DNA of 64,000 bases. Source: Vulcanimicrobiota bacterium (lineage in GTDB: Bacteria; Vulcanimicrobiota; Vulcanimicrobiia; Vulcanimicrobiales; Vulcanimicrobiaceae). The notes under the pieces were generated by a model that was not told where the DNA came from, ran no database searches, and saw only the letters and a program-made list of their open reading frames with translations. Shown here in pieces: positions 50,424 to 60,603 of the stretch. Each line of letters begins with the position of its first letter. Position 1 is the first letter of the stretch. The position numbers and the translations under genes were made by a program. The stretch spans positions 736,001-800,000 of the forward strand of contig CAVTCS010000003.1 in NCBI GenBank assembly GCA_963733295.1. Direction: 5' to 3'.

Positions 50424-51964
50424 AAGCGGAAACGGAACTCTCGCGACTCGTTTCCGGCATCGTATGCGCCGGATTTCCCGGTAACGAACCGGATGCCTCG
50501 ACGTTGGCGGAACTGGCCGAACTCGCCCCGGCCGGCGTGGTGCTCTTCAGCCGTAACGTCGGTTCCCCCGAAGAGACGCGCGCGCTCGTTACGGCGGTGC
50601 GCGCGGCGAGCGGCAGCCACACCTTCGTCGCGCTCGATCAGGAAGGCGGCCGGGTCGCGCGCTTACAGAGAGGTTTCACGCCGATCCCCTCGATGATGGC
50701 AGTCGGCGCTTGTAACGATCCGGTTCTGGCGGAACGAGTTGGCGCCGCGCTTGCCGTCGACCTCGCCCGCGCCGGCGCCGACGTGGACTTTGCGCCGGTG
50801 CTCGATCTTGCGCTCGAGCCCGCGAACACGGTCATCGGAACGCGCGCGTTCGGCGACGACCCGCTCCGCGCGAGCGTTCTCGGCGCCGCGCTCGTGCGCG
50901 GTTTGCAGAACGGCGGCGCGGCCGCGACGCTCAAGCACTTTCCCGGACACGGCGCGACGACGCTCGACTCCCATCGTGCGCTACCGCACCTCGACGCGGA
51001 CGCGGCGACGTTGCGAGCGCGCGAGCTCGTCCCGTTCGGCGCCGGAATCGCCGCAGGTGCGAAGGCGGTGATGTCGGCCCACGTCGTGGTGGAGGGCCTG
51101 GATCCCGAAGCGCCGGCGACGCTCTCGCAGCTCGTCTTGAACGGCGTGCTACGCGATGAACTCGGATTCCGGGGTGTGTGTTTCACCGATGCGATCGAGA
51201 TGAAAGCGATCGCCGCCTCGGTCGGAAGCGCCCGCGCCGCCGTGCTTGCCGTACTGGCGGGGGCTGATTGCGTTCTCGCTTCCGAAGGTCTCGAAGTCGC
51301 GCGGGCCGTTCGCGGCGCGTTGCTTGCGGCTGCGGAAAGCGGAGAGCTGCCGTTCGCGCGCCTACGCGAAGCGGCGACGCGCGTCGCGCGTCTGCGGGAC
51401 GGTTTGCCTCGTATGACGGCGCTCGCGGAGCCCGCGGCGCACGACGATATCGGAATGCAAATCGCGCGGCGCGCAATCACCGCGCTGCACGGCGAGACGC
51501 GGCTCGATCCGGCACGGCCCGTGTCGATCGTCTCGTTCGAAGGCGAGCACTTCGACGGCGCCGCGGATGCGGGCGGCGAGCGCGTTTCGCTCAACCTTGC
51601 GTTGCGACGGCGTCGCTTGCGCAGCGAGTCGTTGCGCGTCCCCCTCGACCCCGAGCCCGAGATGGTGACGCATCTGCTCGAGCTGCTCCGCGCGCAGAAC
51701 CACCAACTCGTGCTGACCATGCGCCGCGCGCACTTGCATCCGGGGCAACGCTGGGCCGTCGAAGCGCTGATCGGGGCCGTACCGGAAGCAATAGCCGTTT
51801 CGGCGCTGGAGCCGTTCGATGCGCCGCTCGCCGCGCGTGCCGGCGCGCTACTCTGCACTTACGGCGATGACGAGTGTGCGATCGAGGCCTTGGCCGACAT
51901 CCTGACCGGCCGCGTGGAACCGGCCGGAACGTTGCCGGTCCGTCTCGCGCGCTCCGCGTCGTGA
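50420..51964 (+). CDS. nagZ: Beta-N-acetylhexosaminidase (GH3)
   Basis: GVVLFSRN, DQEGGRV, APVLD, KHFPGHGATTLDSH, TDAIEM; N-terminus probably extends to CTG 50420 (first standard start is TTG 50504). Confidence 0.93.
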   Translation: MKAETELSRLVSGIVCAGFPGNEPDASTLAELAELAPAGVVLFSRNVGSPEETRALVTAVRAASGSHTFVALDQEGGRVARLQRGFTPIPSMMAVGACNDPVLAERVGAALAVDLARAGADVDFAPVLDLALEPANTVIGTRAFGDDPLRASVLGAALVRGLQNGGAAATLKHFPGHGATTLDSHRALPHLDADAATLRARELVPFGAGIAAGAKAVMSAHVVVEGLDPEAPATLSQLVLNGVLRDELGFRGVCFTDAIEMKAIAASVGSARAAVLAVLAGADCVLASEGLEVARAVRGALLAAAESGELPFARLREAATRVARLRDGLPRMTALAEPAAHDDIGMQIARRAITALHGETRLDPARPVSIVSFEGEHFDGAADAGGERVSLNLALRRRRLRSESLRVPLDPEPEMVTHLLELLRAQNHQLVLTMRRAHLHPGQRWAVEALIGAVPEAIAVSALEPFDAPLAARAGALLCTYGDDECAIEALADILTGRVEPAGTLPVRLARSAS

Positions 51965-52998
51965 ACCGCGCGTCGGCCGATGCGCTGCTTCGCGAAGCCG
52001 AAGGGAAGCGCTTTACCGCCGCGGTGTTGCGCGTCGAACGTCAGGGCGGGGTCGTATTTGAAGCCGCCTACGGCAGGCTGGATGACTCGACGGGCGCCGA
52101 TCCCGTTCACCTCACCACGCGCTTCGATCTCGCTTCATTGACGAAGCTCTTCGTCGCCACCGCCGCGCTCGACGCGGTCGCGCGTCGCGAACTGAGCCTC
52201 GACGGCGAGCTTACCCGACTCGTTCCCGAGTGGCGCGGCGGCGAGCACGAAGCGATCTCGCTCCGCTACCTGCTAGCGCACACCTCCGGCATGCAATCGG
52301 GGGCCGACTACCGCACGCTTTTCGGCGCCGACGTCGAACGCTTCGCGCTGACGCAGCCGCTCGCAGCCCGGCCCGGAGAACGCGTTATTTACAGCGACCT
52401 TGGGTTCATCGCACTGGGCGTCATCTTGGCGCGCGCCGCGAAGCGTTCGCTTGCCGAAGTCTTGGCCCCGTTGCATGCGCCGGCGGCCGGCTCAAGCGCC
52501 GCCGGGTTTCGGCCGCGCGGCGAAAGCCGCTCGGCGATTCCCGCGACCGAACACGACGCGTGGCGCGGCCGCGTGCGTGGAACCGTCCACGACGAGAAGG
52601 CCGCGCTGATGGGAGGGGTTGCGGGGCATGCGGGCTTGTTCGGAACCGCGCGCGACGTGGCCGTGCTTACCGAAGCCTTTCTCGGGCCGCGCTGCGGACG
52701 AGCTGCCACGTTCGTTCCGGCGGAGCTGGCGCGCGTGGCGGTTTCCGAGCAGGGTAGCGATCCCGTCTTGCGGCGCGGACTGGGCTGGGCGCTGAAGACG
52801 AGCGACGAAAACTCGTGCGGTGCCGCGATGTCACGGGCCACCTTCGGACACACCGGCTTTACCGGAACGTGCGTGTGGGCGGATCCCGAGCGCGATCTGA
52901 GCGTCGTACTCTTGACGAACGCGCTGTACTTCGGACGCAATGACCTGCGGGATCTGCGAGCTGCCGTCAACGATGCGGCCGTCGCCGAGTTCGGCTGA
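51961..52998 (+). CDS. Serine hydrolase, beta-lactamase/AmiE-like family
   Basis: FDLASLTK (SxxK), LLAHTSG, YSD, GHAGLF, GHTGFTG; GTGA overlap. Confidence 0.92.
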   Translation: MNRASADALLREAEGKRFTAAVLRVERQGGVVFEAAYGRLDDSTGADPVHLTTRFDLASLTKLFVATAALDAVARRELSLDGELTRLVPEWRGGEHEAISLRYLLAHTSGMQSGADYRTLFGADVERFALTQPLAARPGERVIYSDLGFIALGVILARAAKRSLAEVLAPLHAPAAGSSAAGFRPRGESRSAIPATEHDAWRGRVRGTVHDEKAALMGGVAGHAGLFGTARDVAVLTEAFLGPRCGRAATFVPAELARVAVSEQGSDPVLRRGLGWALKTSDENSCGAAMSRATFGHTGFTGTCVWADPERDLSVVLLTNALYFGRNDLRDLRAAVNDAAVAEFG

Positions 52999-54149
52999 TG
53001 CTCGCCGTCGGACTGATGTCGGGGACTTCGCTCGACGGCATCGATGCCGCGCTCGTGCGCCTCGAACCGCGCGGCGCGCGATACGATCTCGAACTCTTGC
53101 GGGCGCATACGACGCCGTTTCCGCACCGGCTGAGTGCGCTGCTGCGCGCGGCGCTACCGCCGCGCGCGCCGTCGCCGCGCGCCGTCGCGTTGCTCGATGC
53201 GCTGCTCGGTCGCGCGCTCGGTGCCGCCGCGTGCAACGTAGCGGGGGAGCAACGAGTTGACTTCGTCGCAAGTCACGGGCTCACGCTCTATCACGACGGG
53301 GCTTCGCACCGTACGATGCAGGTCGGCGATCCGTACGCCATACGCGATCGCGCCCGAGCCACGGTCGTGTTCGATTTCCGGCGCGCCGACTGCGCCGCGG
53401 GAGGCCAGGGTGCGCCGCTCGTTCCGTTCGCCGATCCGCTGTTGTTCGGAGACGGCGAAGGGACGACCGTTGCGCTGAATCTGGGTGGCATCGCGAACGT
53501 CACGATCGTTCCGGCGCGCGCTTCGTCCGACCCGTTGCGCGCGTGGGACACGGGGCCGGGCATGATGCTGATCGACGCGTTCGTGCGCAGCCGCAGCGAG
53601 GGAAGGTGGGACGAAGGCGGTCGTCTTGCGGCGCGCGGCCGGACCTCCGAAGCGACGCTGCACGCGTTGCTCGACGACGCGTACTTCGATCTCGCGCCAC
53701 CCAAGTCGACTGGGCGGGAACGCTTCGGTGACGCGTTCTTTGCGCGCCACTCCGCCGCGCTCGAAGCACTCGACACACCCGACGGCTGCGCCACGTTGTG
53801 CGCCTTAACGGTGGAATCGATTGCGCGCGAGCTCGAGCGCGAGCGAGTCTCGCGCGGCCGCGTGGTCGCCAGCGGTGGCGGGACGCACAACGCGACGTTG
53901 CTGCGCATGCTGGCCGAAAGACTCGGGCCGCAGTTCGAGGTGCTCGTCTCGAGCGCGGTCGGCATCGATCCGGACGCGAAGGAAGCGATGGCCTTCGCAG
54001 TTCTCGGCTATGAAACGCTGCGCGGCCGCCCCGCGGGCACGCCCTCCGTGACCGGCGCTCGCCGGGCCGCCGTGCTGGGGGCGATCGTTCCGTTTGCGCT
54101 GGACGAACTGATGGCGAAGTTGCAGCGCGAAGTGGCGGCGAAGCGCTGA
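52998..54149 (+). CDS. anmK: Anhydro-N-acetylmuramic acid kinase
   Basis: GLMSGTSLDGID, DFRRAD.AAGGQGAPLVP, NLGGIAN, DTGPG, PPKSTGRE.F, KEA.AFA. Confidence 0.96.
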   Translation: MLAVGLMSGTSLDGIDAALVRLEPRGARYDLELLRAHTTPFPHRLSALLRAALPPRAPSPRAVALLDALLGRALGAAACNVAGEQRVDFVASHGLTLYHDGASHRTMQVGDPYAIRDRARATVVFDFRRADCAAGGQGAPLVPFADPLLFGDGEGTTVALNLGGIANVTIVPARASSDPLRAWDTGPGMMLIDAFVRSRSEGRWDEGGRLAARGRTSEATLHALLDDAYFDLAPPKSTGRERFGDAFFARHSAALEALDTPDGCATLCALTVESIARELERERVSRGRVVASGGGTHNATLLRMLAERLGPQFEVLVSSAVGIDPDAKEAMAFAVLGYETLRGRPAGTPSVTGARRAAVLGAIVPFALDELMAKLQREVAAKR

Positions 54150-54151
54150 CG

Positions 54152-55057
54152 ATGAAAGATCGTCTGGCGGTCGGCGTCGACGCCGGCGGAACCGCCTCGG
54201 TTGCGGCCGTTTCGCGCGACGGCGCCTTCGAGCGCAGCGTGCGCGGAGCGCCGGCCAACGCGAGCTCGCGCGGAATCGAAGCGGCGGCAGCGGCGATCGT
54301 TGCGACCGTTCGCGAAGCGACCGCCGGCGACGAGCCTGCCGCTCTCTACGTCGGGGCGGCCGGTGCGGGACGCGCGGATGCAGCCTCGGCGCTCGAGAGT
54401 GCGTTGCGGAAGGCGTTTCCAACCGTGCGCCTCACCGTCGCCGACGATACGCGGGCCGCGCTGCGCAGTGCCGTTCCCGAGGGCCCCGGCGTCGTGCTGA
54501 TCGCCGGCACCGGATCGGTCGCATACGCCGAGAACGGCGCGAGCAGTGCGCGCGTCGGCGGACTCGGCTACCTGATCGGCGACGAGGGCTCGGCTTTTGC
54601 GATCGGCAAAGCCGCGCTCGAACTCTTGGCCCGTTCGTACGACGGTCGCGCGCGAGCCGACGAAACGACCGCGCTTGCCGCGCGCGCGCTCGGCTGCAGC
54701 GATCGCGACGGACTGCTGCGCGGGATCTACGCGCAAGCGCTCGACGTGGCTGCAGTCGCCTCGCTCGCGCCCAGCATCCTCGCCTTTGCCGGCAAAGGGA
54801 ACCGTGCCTCGACGAAGATCGTCCAGTCGGCGGCGAACGATTTGGGATATCTCGCGAAGAGCGCCGCGACGCAAGCCGGGCTTGCCGAAAGCTCGCCCGC
54901 GATCGTGCTCGCCGGCGGCTTGCTGCGCGAGAACAGTTTGCTCTCGTTCTTGCTCGAAGCGCGTTTGACGAACGAGATACCGGGGGCGACGCTGCTGCGG
55001 GGCCGCGACGAACCGGCTCGCGCCGCCTTGCGTTTCGCCGAAGCAATGCTCGCTTGA
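54152..55057 (+). CDS. BadF/BadG/BcrA/BcrD-type sugar kinase (GlcNAc/MurNAc kinase, MurK-like)
   Basis: GVDAGGT, IAGTGS, GGLGYLIGDEGSA; lies between anmK and murQ. Confidence 0.88.
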   Translation: MKDRLAVGVDAGGTASVAAVSRDGAFERSVRGAPANASSRGIEAAAAAIVATVREATAGDEPAALYVGAAGAGRADAASALESALRKAFPTVRLTVADDTRAALRSAVPEGPGVVLIAGTGSVAYAENGASSARVGGLGYLIGDEGSAFAIGKAALELLARSYDGRARADETTALAARALGCSDRDGLLRGIYAQALDVAAVASLAPSILAFAGKGNRASTKIVQSAANDLGYLAKSAATQAGLAESSPAIVLAGGLLRENSLLSFLLEARLTNEIPGATLLRGRDEPARAALRFAEAMLA

Positions 55058-55941
55058 GCGACGAGGGTCAGACGCCGACCGAGGCGGTCAACGAATCGAC
55101 CCACGATTTGGATTCGATGGCCACGCCGCAACTCATCGCCGTGCTCGCGCGCGAACAGGCCGCCGCATTCGCAGCAGTCGCGCAGGTCGAATACGCCATC
55201 GCGCGCGCCGTCGACACCATCGTGGAGCGCATGCGAACGGGCGGCAACCTCCACTACTTCGGCGCAGGCTCCAGCGGACGCTTGGCTTTCCTGGATGCTT
55301 CCGAATGTCCGCCGACGTTCGGCACGCGAGCGTCCCTGGTTCAGGCGCACATCGCCGGCGGTCACGAGGCTCTAGCGCAAGCCGTCGAAGGCGCGGAAGA
55401 CAATGCAGCCGCCGGGACCGCGGAAGCTGCGGCGACGGTGCGCCCCGGCGACGCGGTCGTGGGCATTTCGGCGAGCGGTGCCGCGGCCTACGTCATCGCG
55501 GCGCTGCGCGCCGCTCGCGGCTTCGGCGCTTTTACGATCGCCCTCACCGGCGACGGCGGTTCGCCGCTCGCCGCCACGGTCGAACTGGCGATCGTGCTTG
55601 AAACGGGCGCCGAGCCGCTCGCCGGCTCGACCCGTCTCAAAGCCGGGACCGCACAAAAGTTGGCCCTCAACGCGCTTTCCACGGCAACGATGGTGCGCTT
55701 GGGTCGCGTCTACGACAACCTGATGGTCGATCTCGTCGCCACCAACGAAAAACTTCGCCGCCGGGCGGAGCGACTGGTGCAAACGATCGCGGCGGTCGAG
55801 GCCGAAGCGGCGCGCGAGCTGCTCGGCGCCGCAGGCGGCAACGTGAAAGTCGCGATCGTCATGGCCAAGCGCGGGGTCGACGCGCGCGAAGCGCGCAACT
55901 TGCTCGAGCGCGCCGGCGGCTTTTTGCGCGCCGCGCTCTAA
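55054..55941 (+). CDS. murQ: N-acetylmuramic acid 6-phosphate etherase
   Basis: GAGSSGRL..LDASECPPTFG, AVEGAED, GSTRLKAGTAQK, YDNLMVD..ATNEKL. Confidence 0.97.
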   Translation: MSDEGQTPTEAVNESTHDLDSMATPQLIAVLAREQAAAFAAVAQVEYAIARAVDTIVERMRTGGNLHYFGAGSSGRLAFLDASECPPTFGTRASLVQAHIAGGHEALAQAVEGAEDNAAAGTAEAAATVRPGDAVVGISASGAAAYVIAALRAARGFGAFTIALTGDGGSPLAATVELAIVLETGAEPLAGSTRLKAGTAQKLALNALSTATMVRLGRVYDNLMVDLVATNEKLRRRAERLVQTIAAVEAEAARELLGAAGGNVKVAIVMAKRGVDAREARNLLERAGGFLRAAL

Positions 55942-55957
55942 GCCGGTAGCGCTGCGC

Positions 55958-56473
55958 TTACGCGAGCACCAAGGCCATGCGTTCGTCGTGCGTTGGCTCA
56001 AACCCGAGGCCCGCGAAGAAGCTTCGCGAGCCCTCGTTGCGTTGGTGCACTCCCACGTCGAGACGCGCGATCTCGGCGTTTTGGAGTTGAACGACTAAGC
56101 TCTCGACGAGTTCGACTCCGATTCCGCGCCGGCGCGCGGCCGGCGCGACGACGAGCGTGTCGAGCGAGGCGACGACGCGGCCCAGCGAGAGCGAGATAGA
56201 ATACCCGACGGCGGCGCATCCGACGAGCCGTCCCGCCTCGAACGCAAGCCAGATGAATCCATAGTCGGGGCGATCGACGAACAGGGCCAAGGCCGCGGCC
56301 AGCGCCGCCTCCGTTCCGTCGCGCCCGGTCTCGCCGCCCTGGTAGGCAGGCGCGGACTCGCGATAAAACGGATCGCCGGTGAAGTACTCGGAGAGGAGTT
56401 TGAAAACTTCCGGACGCTCGCCGCTCGTCATGCGGCGGAAGTCGAGACCCGATTCGGAAACGCCGTTGGTCAT
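55958..56473 (-). CDS. GNAT family N-acetyltransferase
   Basis: LVVAPAARRRGIG motif A, N..S..FF..LGF; SD GAGG. Confidence 0.88.
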   Translation of the reverse strand: MTNGVSESGLDFRRMTSGERPEVFKLLSEYFTGDPFYRESAPAYQGGETGRDGTEAALAAALALFVDRPDYGFIWLAFEAGRLVGCAAVGYSISLSLGRVVASLDTLVVAPAARRRGIGVELVESLVVQLQNAEIARLDVGVHQRNEGSRSFFAGLGFEPTHDERMALVLA

Positions 56474-58106
56474 GGCGTCCTCTTCGAGGTGGCGTGGAAT
56501 TACTCTGTCCCGCCGGTGGATCGTGGGATTCGCGGCGTGTCTTGCCCTGAGCGCAAGCCCGGCGCTTGCGGTAGCGGCGAACTCGTCGACGCACCTCGCC
56601 CCGATCGCGTTCATCCCGCTCGACGATCGTCCGGTGACGCTGCAGTTGCCGGTCATGCTCGGTTCGATCGCCGGCCAGCAGGTCGTGACGCCGCCGCTCG
56701 TTTCGATCGGCCACTATCTGCGGCCCGGCGATCCCGAAGCGATCTTGAACTGGTTGGAATCGCCCGCGACGGCAGGCGTCAGCGCGGTGATCGCTTCGAC
56801 CGACATGGTTGCCTACGGGGGTCTCGTGGCATCTCGCACGCCGCTGATCGGGATCGATGCCGCGGTCGGCCGGTTGCGCCGTTTCGCGCGAATCAAAACG
56901 CTTCGCTCGGAAGCGTTCGTCGGCGCGTTCGGAACGGTCGTGCGTCTCGCTCCGACCGGCGTACCGGGACACGGTCAGGTTCCCGGATATTGGGCCGCCG
57001 GCGGGACGGTCGACGCAATTGCGGCGTACGCAAATTTGCCCGATCCGCCGGCCGATCCCGCCGACGCGGCCAAAGCGGCGCGTTTGCGCGTGCAGATCGG
57101 GCCGAAGGTTCTCGGTGAGTATCTCGGCGTGCGCGCGCGCAACCTCGGCGTCGACGAGTGGGCCTTGCAATTCGTCTACGACGGCGCAATCGACCGGCTC
57201 GTGCTCGGCCAGGATGACGCGGGTCCGACCGGTTTGCATCTGCGCGACGTCGCGGCGCTCAACGCGGCGGTCCGGGACTACGGAATCGGCGATCGCGTCT
57301 CGATCGAGCCGGGTGCCGACGAACTCGGTATGGTGCTGATCGCGCGAGCTTTCGCCCGGAACGCCGGGTGGCAGCCTTCAGTACGCGTCGTCTATTCGCG
57401 TCCGGGAGGCTCGGAGGTTCAGGATCGGCTCGAATACGTGCCGATCGACGTTACGATCGCGCGACTGATCGCGGCCTGCGGCGCACACCGCGTCGCGCGC
57501 GGAGGCGACGTTGTCTTGTACGTGCGGGTCCCCGACACGAACGACGCCGACGAAGCGGCCTTCGAAAACAACTTGGCCGCGGACGTCGCCGCCGGCGCGA
57601 GCGTTACCGTGGCGGATCTCTCCTTCTTGAGCGGCGGCCCCGGCGAGTCACAGCGAGCTTTGACCGAAGACCTGATCGCGCGCGGGATCGCCGGCAAGAT
57701 CGACGGATTCGCCTCCTGGAATACGACCGCGAACACGGTTGGGACTTCGCTTGCCGCGGCCCTCGCAGCGGGTGCGGGACGGCGTGCCGGCACGTTCGAC
57801 GCACGCGCGCAGGCCGAGTTTCTGCTCGACCGCTACGTCGACGACTACGCCTTTCATCAGTTCGTGCGGCCGGAGCTCAATACGACGCTGCGCGCACGCG
57901 ACATCGACACGACGTTGCTGGAGCCGAACGTCGCCGGCGAAGCGAACTCGCTCAATCGGACCCTGCTCTGGCCTTACGCGCTCGATCTGCTCGGACGGAT
58001 CTTTCCACGCTACAGCGACGCCGGGTTGACGATTACGCTGCCCTGGGAGCGAACCTTCGAGACCGCGATCGACGTGCGTCTCGCGCCCGCGGGATCCGCG
58101 CTTTAG
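56472..58106 (+). CDS. DUF4127-family exported protein
   Basis: IPLDDRP, DMVAYGGLVASR, GQDD, PGADE, ASWNTTANTVG, LPW.RTFE; signal peptide; start uncertain. Confidence 0.8.
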   Translation: MASSSRWRGITLSRRWIVGFAACLALSASPALAVAANSSTHLAPIAFIPLDDRPVTLQLPVMLGSIAGQQVVTPPLVSIGHYLRPGDPEAILNWLESPATAGVSAVIASTDMVAYGGLVASRTPLIGIDAAVGRLRRFARIKTLRSEAFVGAFGTVVRLAPTGVPGHGQVPGYWAAGGTVDAIAAYANLPDPPADPADAAKAARLRVQIGPKVLGEYLGVRARNLGVDEWALQFVYDGAIDRLVLGQDDAGPTGLHLRDVAALNAAVRDYGIGDRVSIEPGADELGMVLIARAFARNAGWQPSVRVVYSRPGGSEVQDRLEYVPIDVTIARLIAACGAHRVARGGDVVLYVRVPDTNDADEAAFENNLAADVAAGASVTVADLSFLSGGPGESQRALTEDLIARGIAGKIDGFASWNTTANTVGTSLAAALAAGAGRRAGTFDARAQAEFLLDRYVDDYAFHQFVRPELNTTLRARDIDTTLLEPNVAGEANSLNRTLLWPYALDLLGRIFPRYSDAGLTITLPWERTFETAIDVRLAPAGSAL

Positions 58107-58513
58107 GTGCGCTGACAGAGCTCGATCAGGACGCCGCCCGTACTCTTGGGATGGAGAAAGGCGATCGTGTTGCCGTGCGCTCCGCGACGCGGCGTCTCGT
58201 CGATCAAACGCACGCCGTCGCTCTTCAGGCGCGCGAGCTCGGAGCGAATGTCGGAGACGCGGTACGCGATGTGATGGAGCTTCGTGGCGGCATCGCCGCG
58301 GAAGCGGGCGATCGGCGAGTCCTCATCGAGCGGGCGTAGCAGTTCGATCAGCGTTTCTCCGCCGCTCAGGCCGACCGCTTCGACGCCCTGCTCGACGACC
58401 GTCTCGCGGTACGATTGCGTAAAGCCCAGCGTATCGACGTACAGGCGCAGCATCGCCTCGAGATCGCTGACGACGATCGCGACGTGATCGATGGCGTGTC
58501 CTCGCGTCGTCAA
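58103..58513 (-). CDS. mce: Methylmalonyl-CoA epimerase
   Basis: [40 protein letters not shown]. Confidence 0.95.
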   Translation of the reverse strand: MTTRGHAIDHVAIVVSDLEAMLRLYVDTLGFTQSYRETVVEQGVEAVGLSGGETLIELLRPLDEDSPIARFRGDAATKLHHIAYRVSDIRSELARLKSDGVRLIDETPRRGAHGNTIAFLHPKSTGGVLIELCQRT

Positions 58514-60087
58514 GCGATCGCTTCGGTTGCGACGTACCGTCCGAAGACCCCGCGCAGTTCGTCGCAGATCTCGCCCAGCGTCGCCCCGGCGTCGACCGCC
58601 TCGAGGAGCGCGGGCATCACGTTGGCGCTCCCCGCGGCCGCTGCGCGCACCTCGCCGAGGCGCGCTTCGACGGCGGCGGACGAGCGTTCGCGCCGGTAGG
58701 CCTCGAGCCGCGCGACTTGTTCGCGCTCGATTGCCGGGTCGATGCGCTGCAGGTCGATGGGCGGGTCAACGGCATCGTCGACGAAGCGGTTCACTCCGAC
58801 GACCACGCTCTCGCCCGACTCGATCGAGCGCTGCGCCAGATAAGCCGACTCGGCGATGCGTCCTTGCATCCAGCCGCTTTGGATCGTCGCGACCGCGCCG
58901 CCCAACGCGTCGATCTCGGCGATGAGCGCACGCGCCCCTTCGACCAGCGACGCCGTGAGCGCCTCGACGTAATAGGATCCCGCCAAGGGGTCGGTCACCT
59001 CGGCAACGCCGCTTTCGTAGGCGATGATCTGCTGGGTGCGCAACGCGAGCTTGGCGGCTTCCGCCGTGGGTAGCGCCAGCGCTTCGTCCTTTCCGTTGGT
59101 GTGCAGCGACTGCGTACCGCCGAGGACTGCGGCCAGCGCCTGAAGCGTCACGCGCACGACGTTGTTGTCGGGTTCCTGGGCGGTCAGAGTCGAACCGCCG
59201 GTCTGCGTGTGAAAGCGCAGCATTTGCGCGCGAGGGTCTGTGGATCCGAACTCGTCGCGCACGATGTGCGACCAGAGGAACCGCGCCGCGCGATATTTCG
59301 CGACCTCCTCGAAGAAGTCGTTGTGCGCGTTCCAGAAGAACGAGAAGCGCGGCGCGATCGCGTCGACGTCGAGGCCGGCGTCTTGGGCCGCGCGCAAGTA
59401 TGCTTTCGCGTTCGAAAGCGTGAAGGCGATCTCTTCGGTTGCGGTCGAGCCCGCCTCGCGAATATGGTAGCCCGAGATCGAGATCGTGTTCCATTGGGGG
59501 ACTTCGCGCGCGCAGTAGGCCATGACGTCGGTCACGAGCCGCATCGACGGTTTAGGCGGATAGATGTAGGTGCCGCGCGCGACGTATTCTTTGAGGACGT
59601 CGTTTTGGATCGTGCCGCCGAGTCGCTCGAACGGGATGCCGCGGCGCCGCGCCACTGCCAGTACCATCGCAAGCAGAATCGAGGCGGGTGCGTTGATGGT
59701 CATCGAAACGGTGACGGCGTCGAGCGGAATTCCGTCGAGCAGCGTTTCCATGTCGCGCACATGGTCGATGGCGACGCCGACCTTGCCCACCTCGCCGCGC
59801 GCTTGCGGCGCGTCGGAGTCGTAGCCGAGCTGCGTCGGCAGATCGAAGGCGACCGAAAGCCCGGTGGTTCCCTGCTCGAGCAGATAACGGTAGCGTGCGT
59901 TTGACTCGGCTGCGGTCGCGAAACCGGCGTACTGTCGCATCGTCCACAAGCGCGAGCGGTAGCCGTCGGCCCGGATTCCACGCAGGAACGGAAACTCGCC
60001 TGGCTCGCCGCCCGCGACGCGTTCGCTTGCCGCGCGCGCGTCGGCGACGCCGTAGAACGCCTTCTTGGGCTTTCCGTTGCCGGCCAT
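58510..60087 (-). CDS. Methylmalonyl-CoA mutase, substrate-binding (large) subunit without B12-binding domain
   Basis: [64 protein letters not shown]. Confidence 0.95.
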   Translation of the reverse strand: MAGNGKPKKAFYGVADARAASERVAGGEPGEFPFLRGIRADGYRSRLWTMRQYAGFATAAESNARYRYLLEQGTTGLSVAFDLPTQLGYDSDAPQARGEVGKVGVAIDHVRDMETLLDGIPLDAVTVSMTINAPASILLAMVLAVARRRGIPFERLGGTIQNDVLKEYVARGTYIYPPKPSMRLVTDVMAYCAREVPQWNTISISGYHIREAGSTATEEIAFTLSNAKAYLRAAQDAGLDVDAIAPRFSFFWNAHNDFFEEVAKYRAARFLWSHIVRDEFGSTDPRAQMLRFHTQTGGSTLTAQEPDNNVVRVTLQALAAVLGGTQSLHTNGKDEALALPTAEAAKLALRTQQIIAYESGVAEVTDPLAGSYYVEALTASLVEGARALIAEIDALGGAVATIQSGWMQGRIAESAYLAQRSIESGESVVVGVNRFVDDAVDPPIDLQRIDPAIEREQVARLEAYRRERSSAAVEARLGEVRAAAAGSANVMPALLEAVDAGATLGEICDELRGVFGRYVATEAIA

Positions 60088-60198
60088 CACAGTTGCTTTT
60101 GCCTGCGATGCCGCGACCCCCGCAAGCGGGAACAAGGCTGCCACGGTACTAAGTAGTGGGGCGGCGTGCGAGCACGCCAGCCTCGCAACGGACTCACG

Positions 60199-60603
60199 AT
60201 GCAACATCCATCCCGGATCGATGTCGTTTTGCCCGCCCGCGTGGAAAGCGCGCCGCGCCTGCGCCGCGTCATTCGCGATTTCCTCGAACGCATCGGCACC
60301 GCGCGGTGCCAGATCGACGACCTGGTCCTAGCCGTCGGCGAAGCCGCCGGCAACGCCATCGAGCATGCGTATAAGGGGGCGGCCGGCGACGTGCGCCTGT
60401 ACGCGGCGGTCGTCGGCGAACGCCTCACCGTCGAGGTACGCGATTTCGGAAAGTGGCGTCTGGATGGTGACGCCGAGCGCGGCCGCGGCATCGGAATCAT
60501 GCGCTCGCTTGTAGAGCACGTGGCGATCGAGAGTACGCACGACGGCACCTTAGTTCGCTTCGAGACGCGCCTGCAGACGCAACCGCTCTCCGCTTTTCGT
60601 TAG
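60199..60603 (+). CDS. RsbW/SpoIIAB-like ATP-binding protein (HATPase_c_2)
   Basis: [33 protein letters not shown]. Confidence 0.9.
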   Translation: MQHPSRIDVVLPARVESAPRLRRVIRDFLERIGTARCQIDDLVLAVGEAAGNAIEHAYKGAAGDVRLYAAVVGERLTVEVRDFGKWRLDGDAERGRGIGIMRSLVEHVAIESTHDGTLVRFETRLQTQPLSAFR

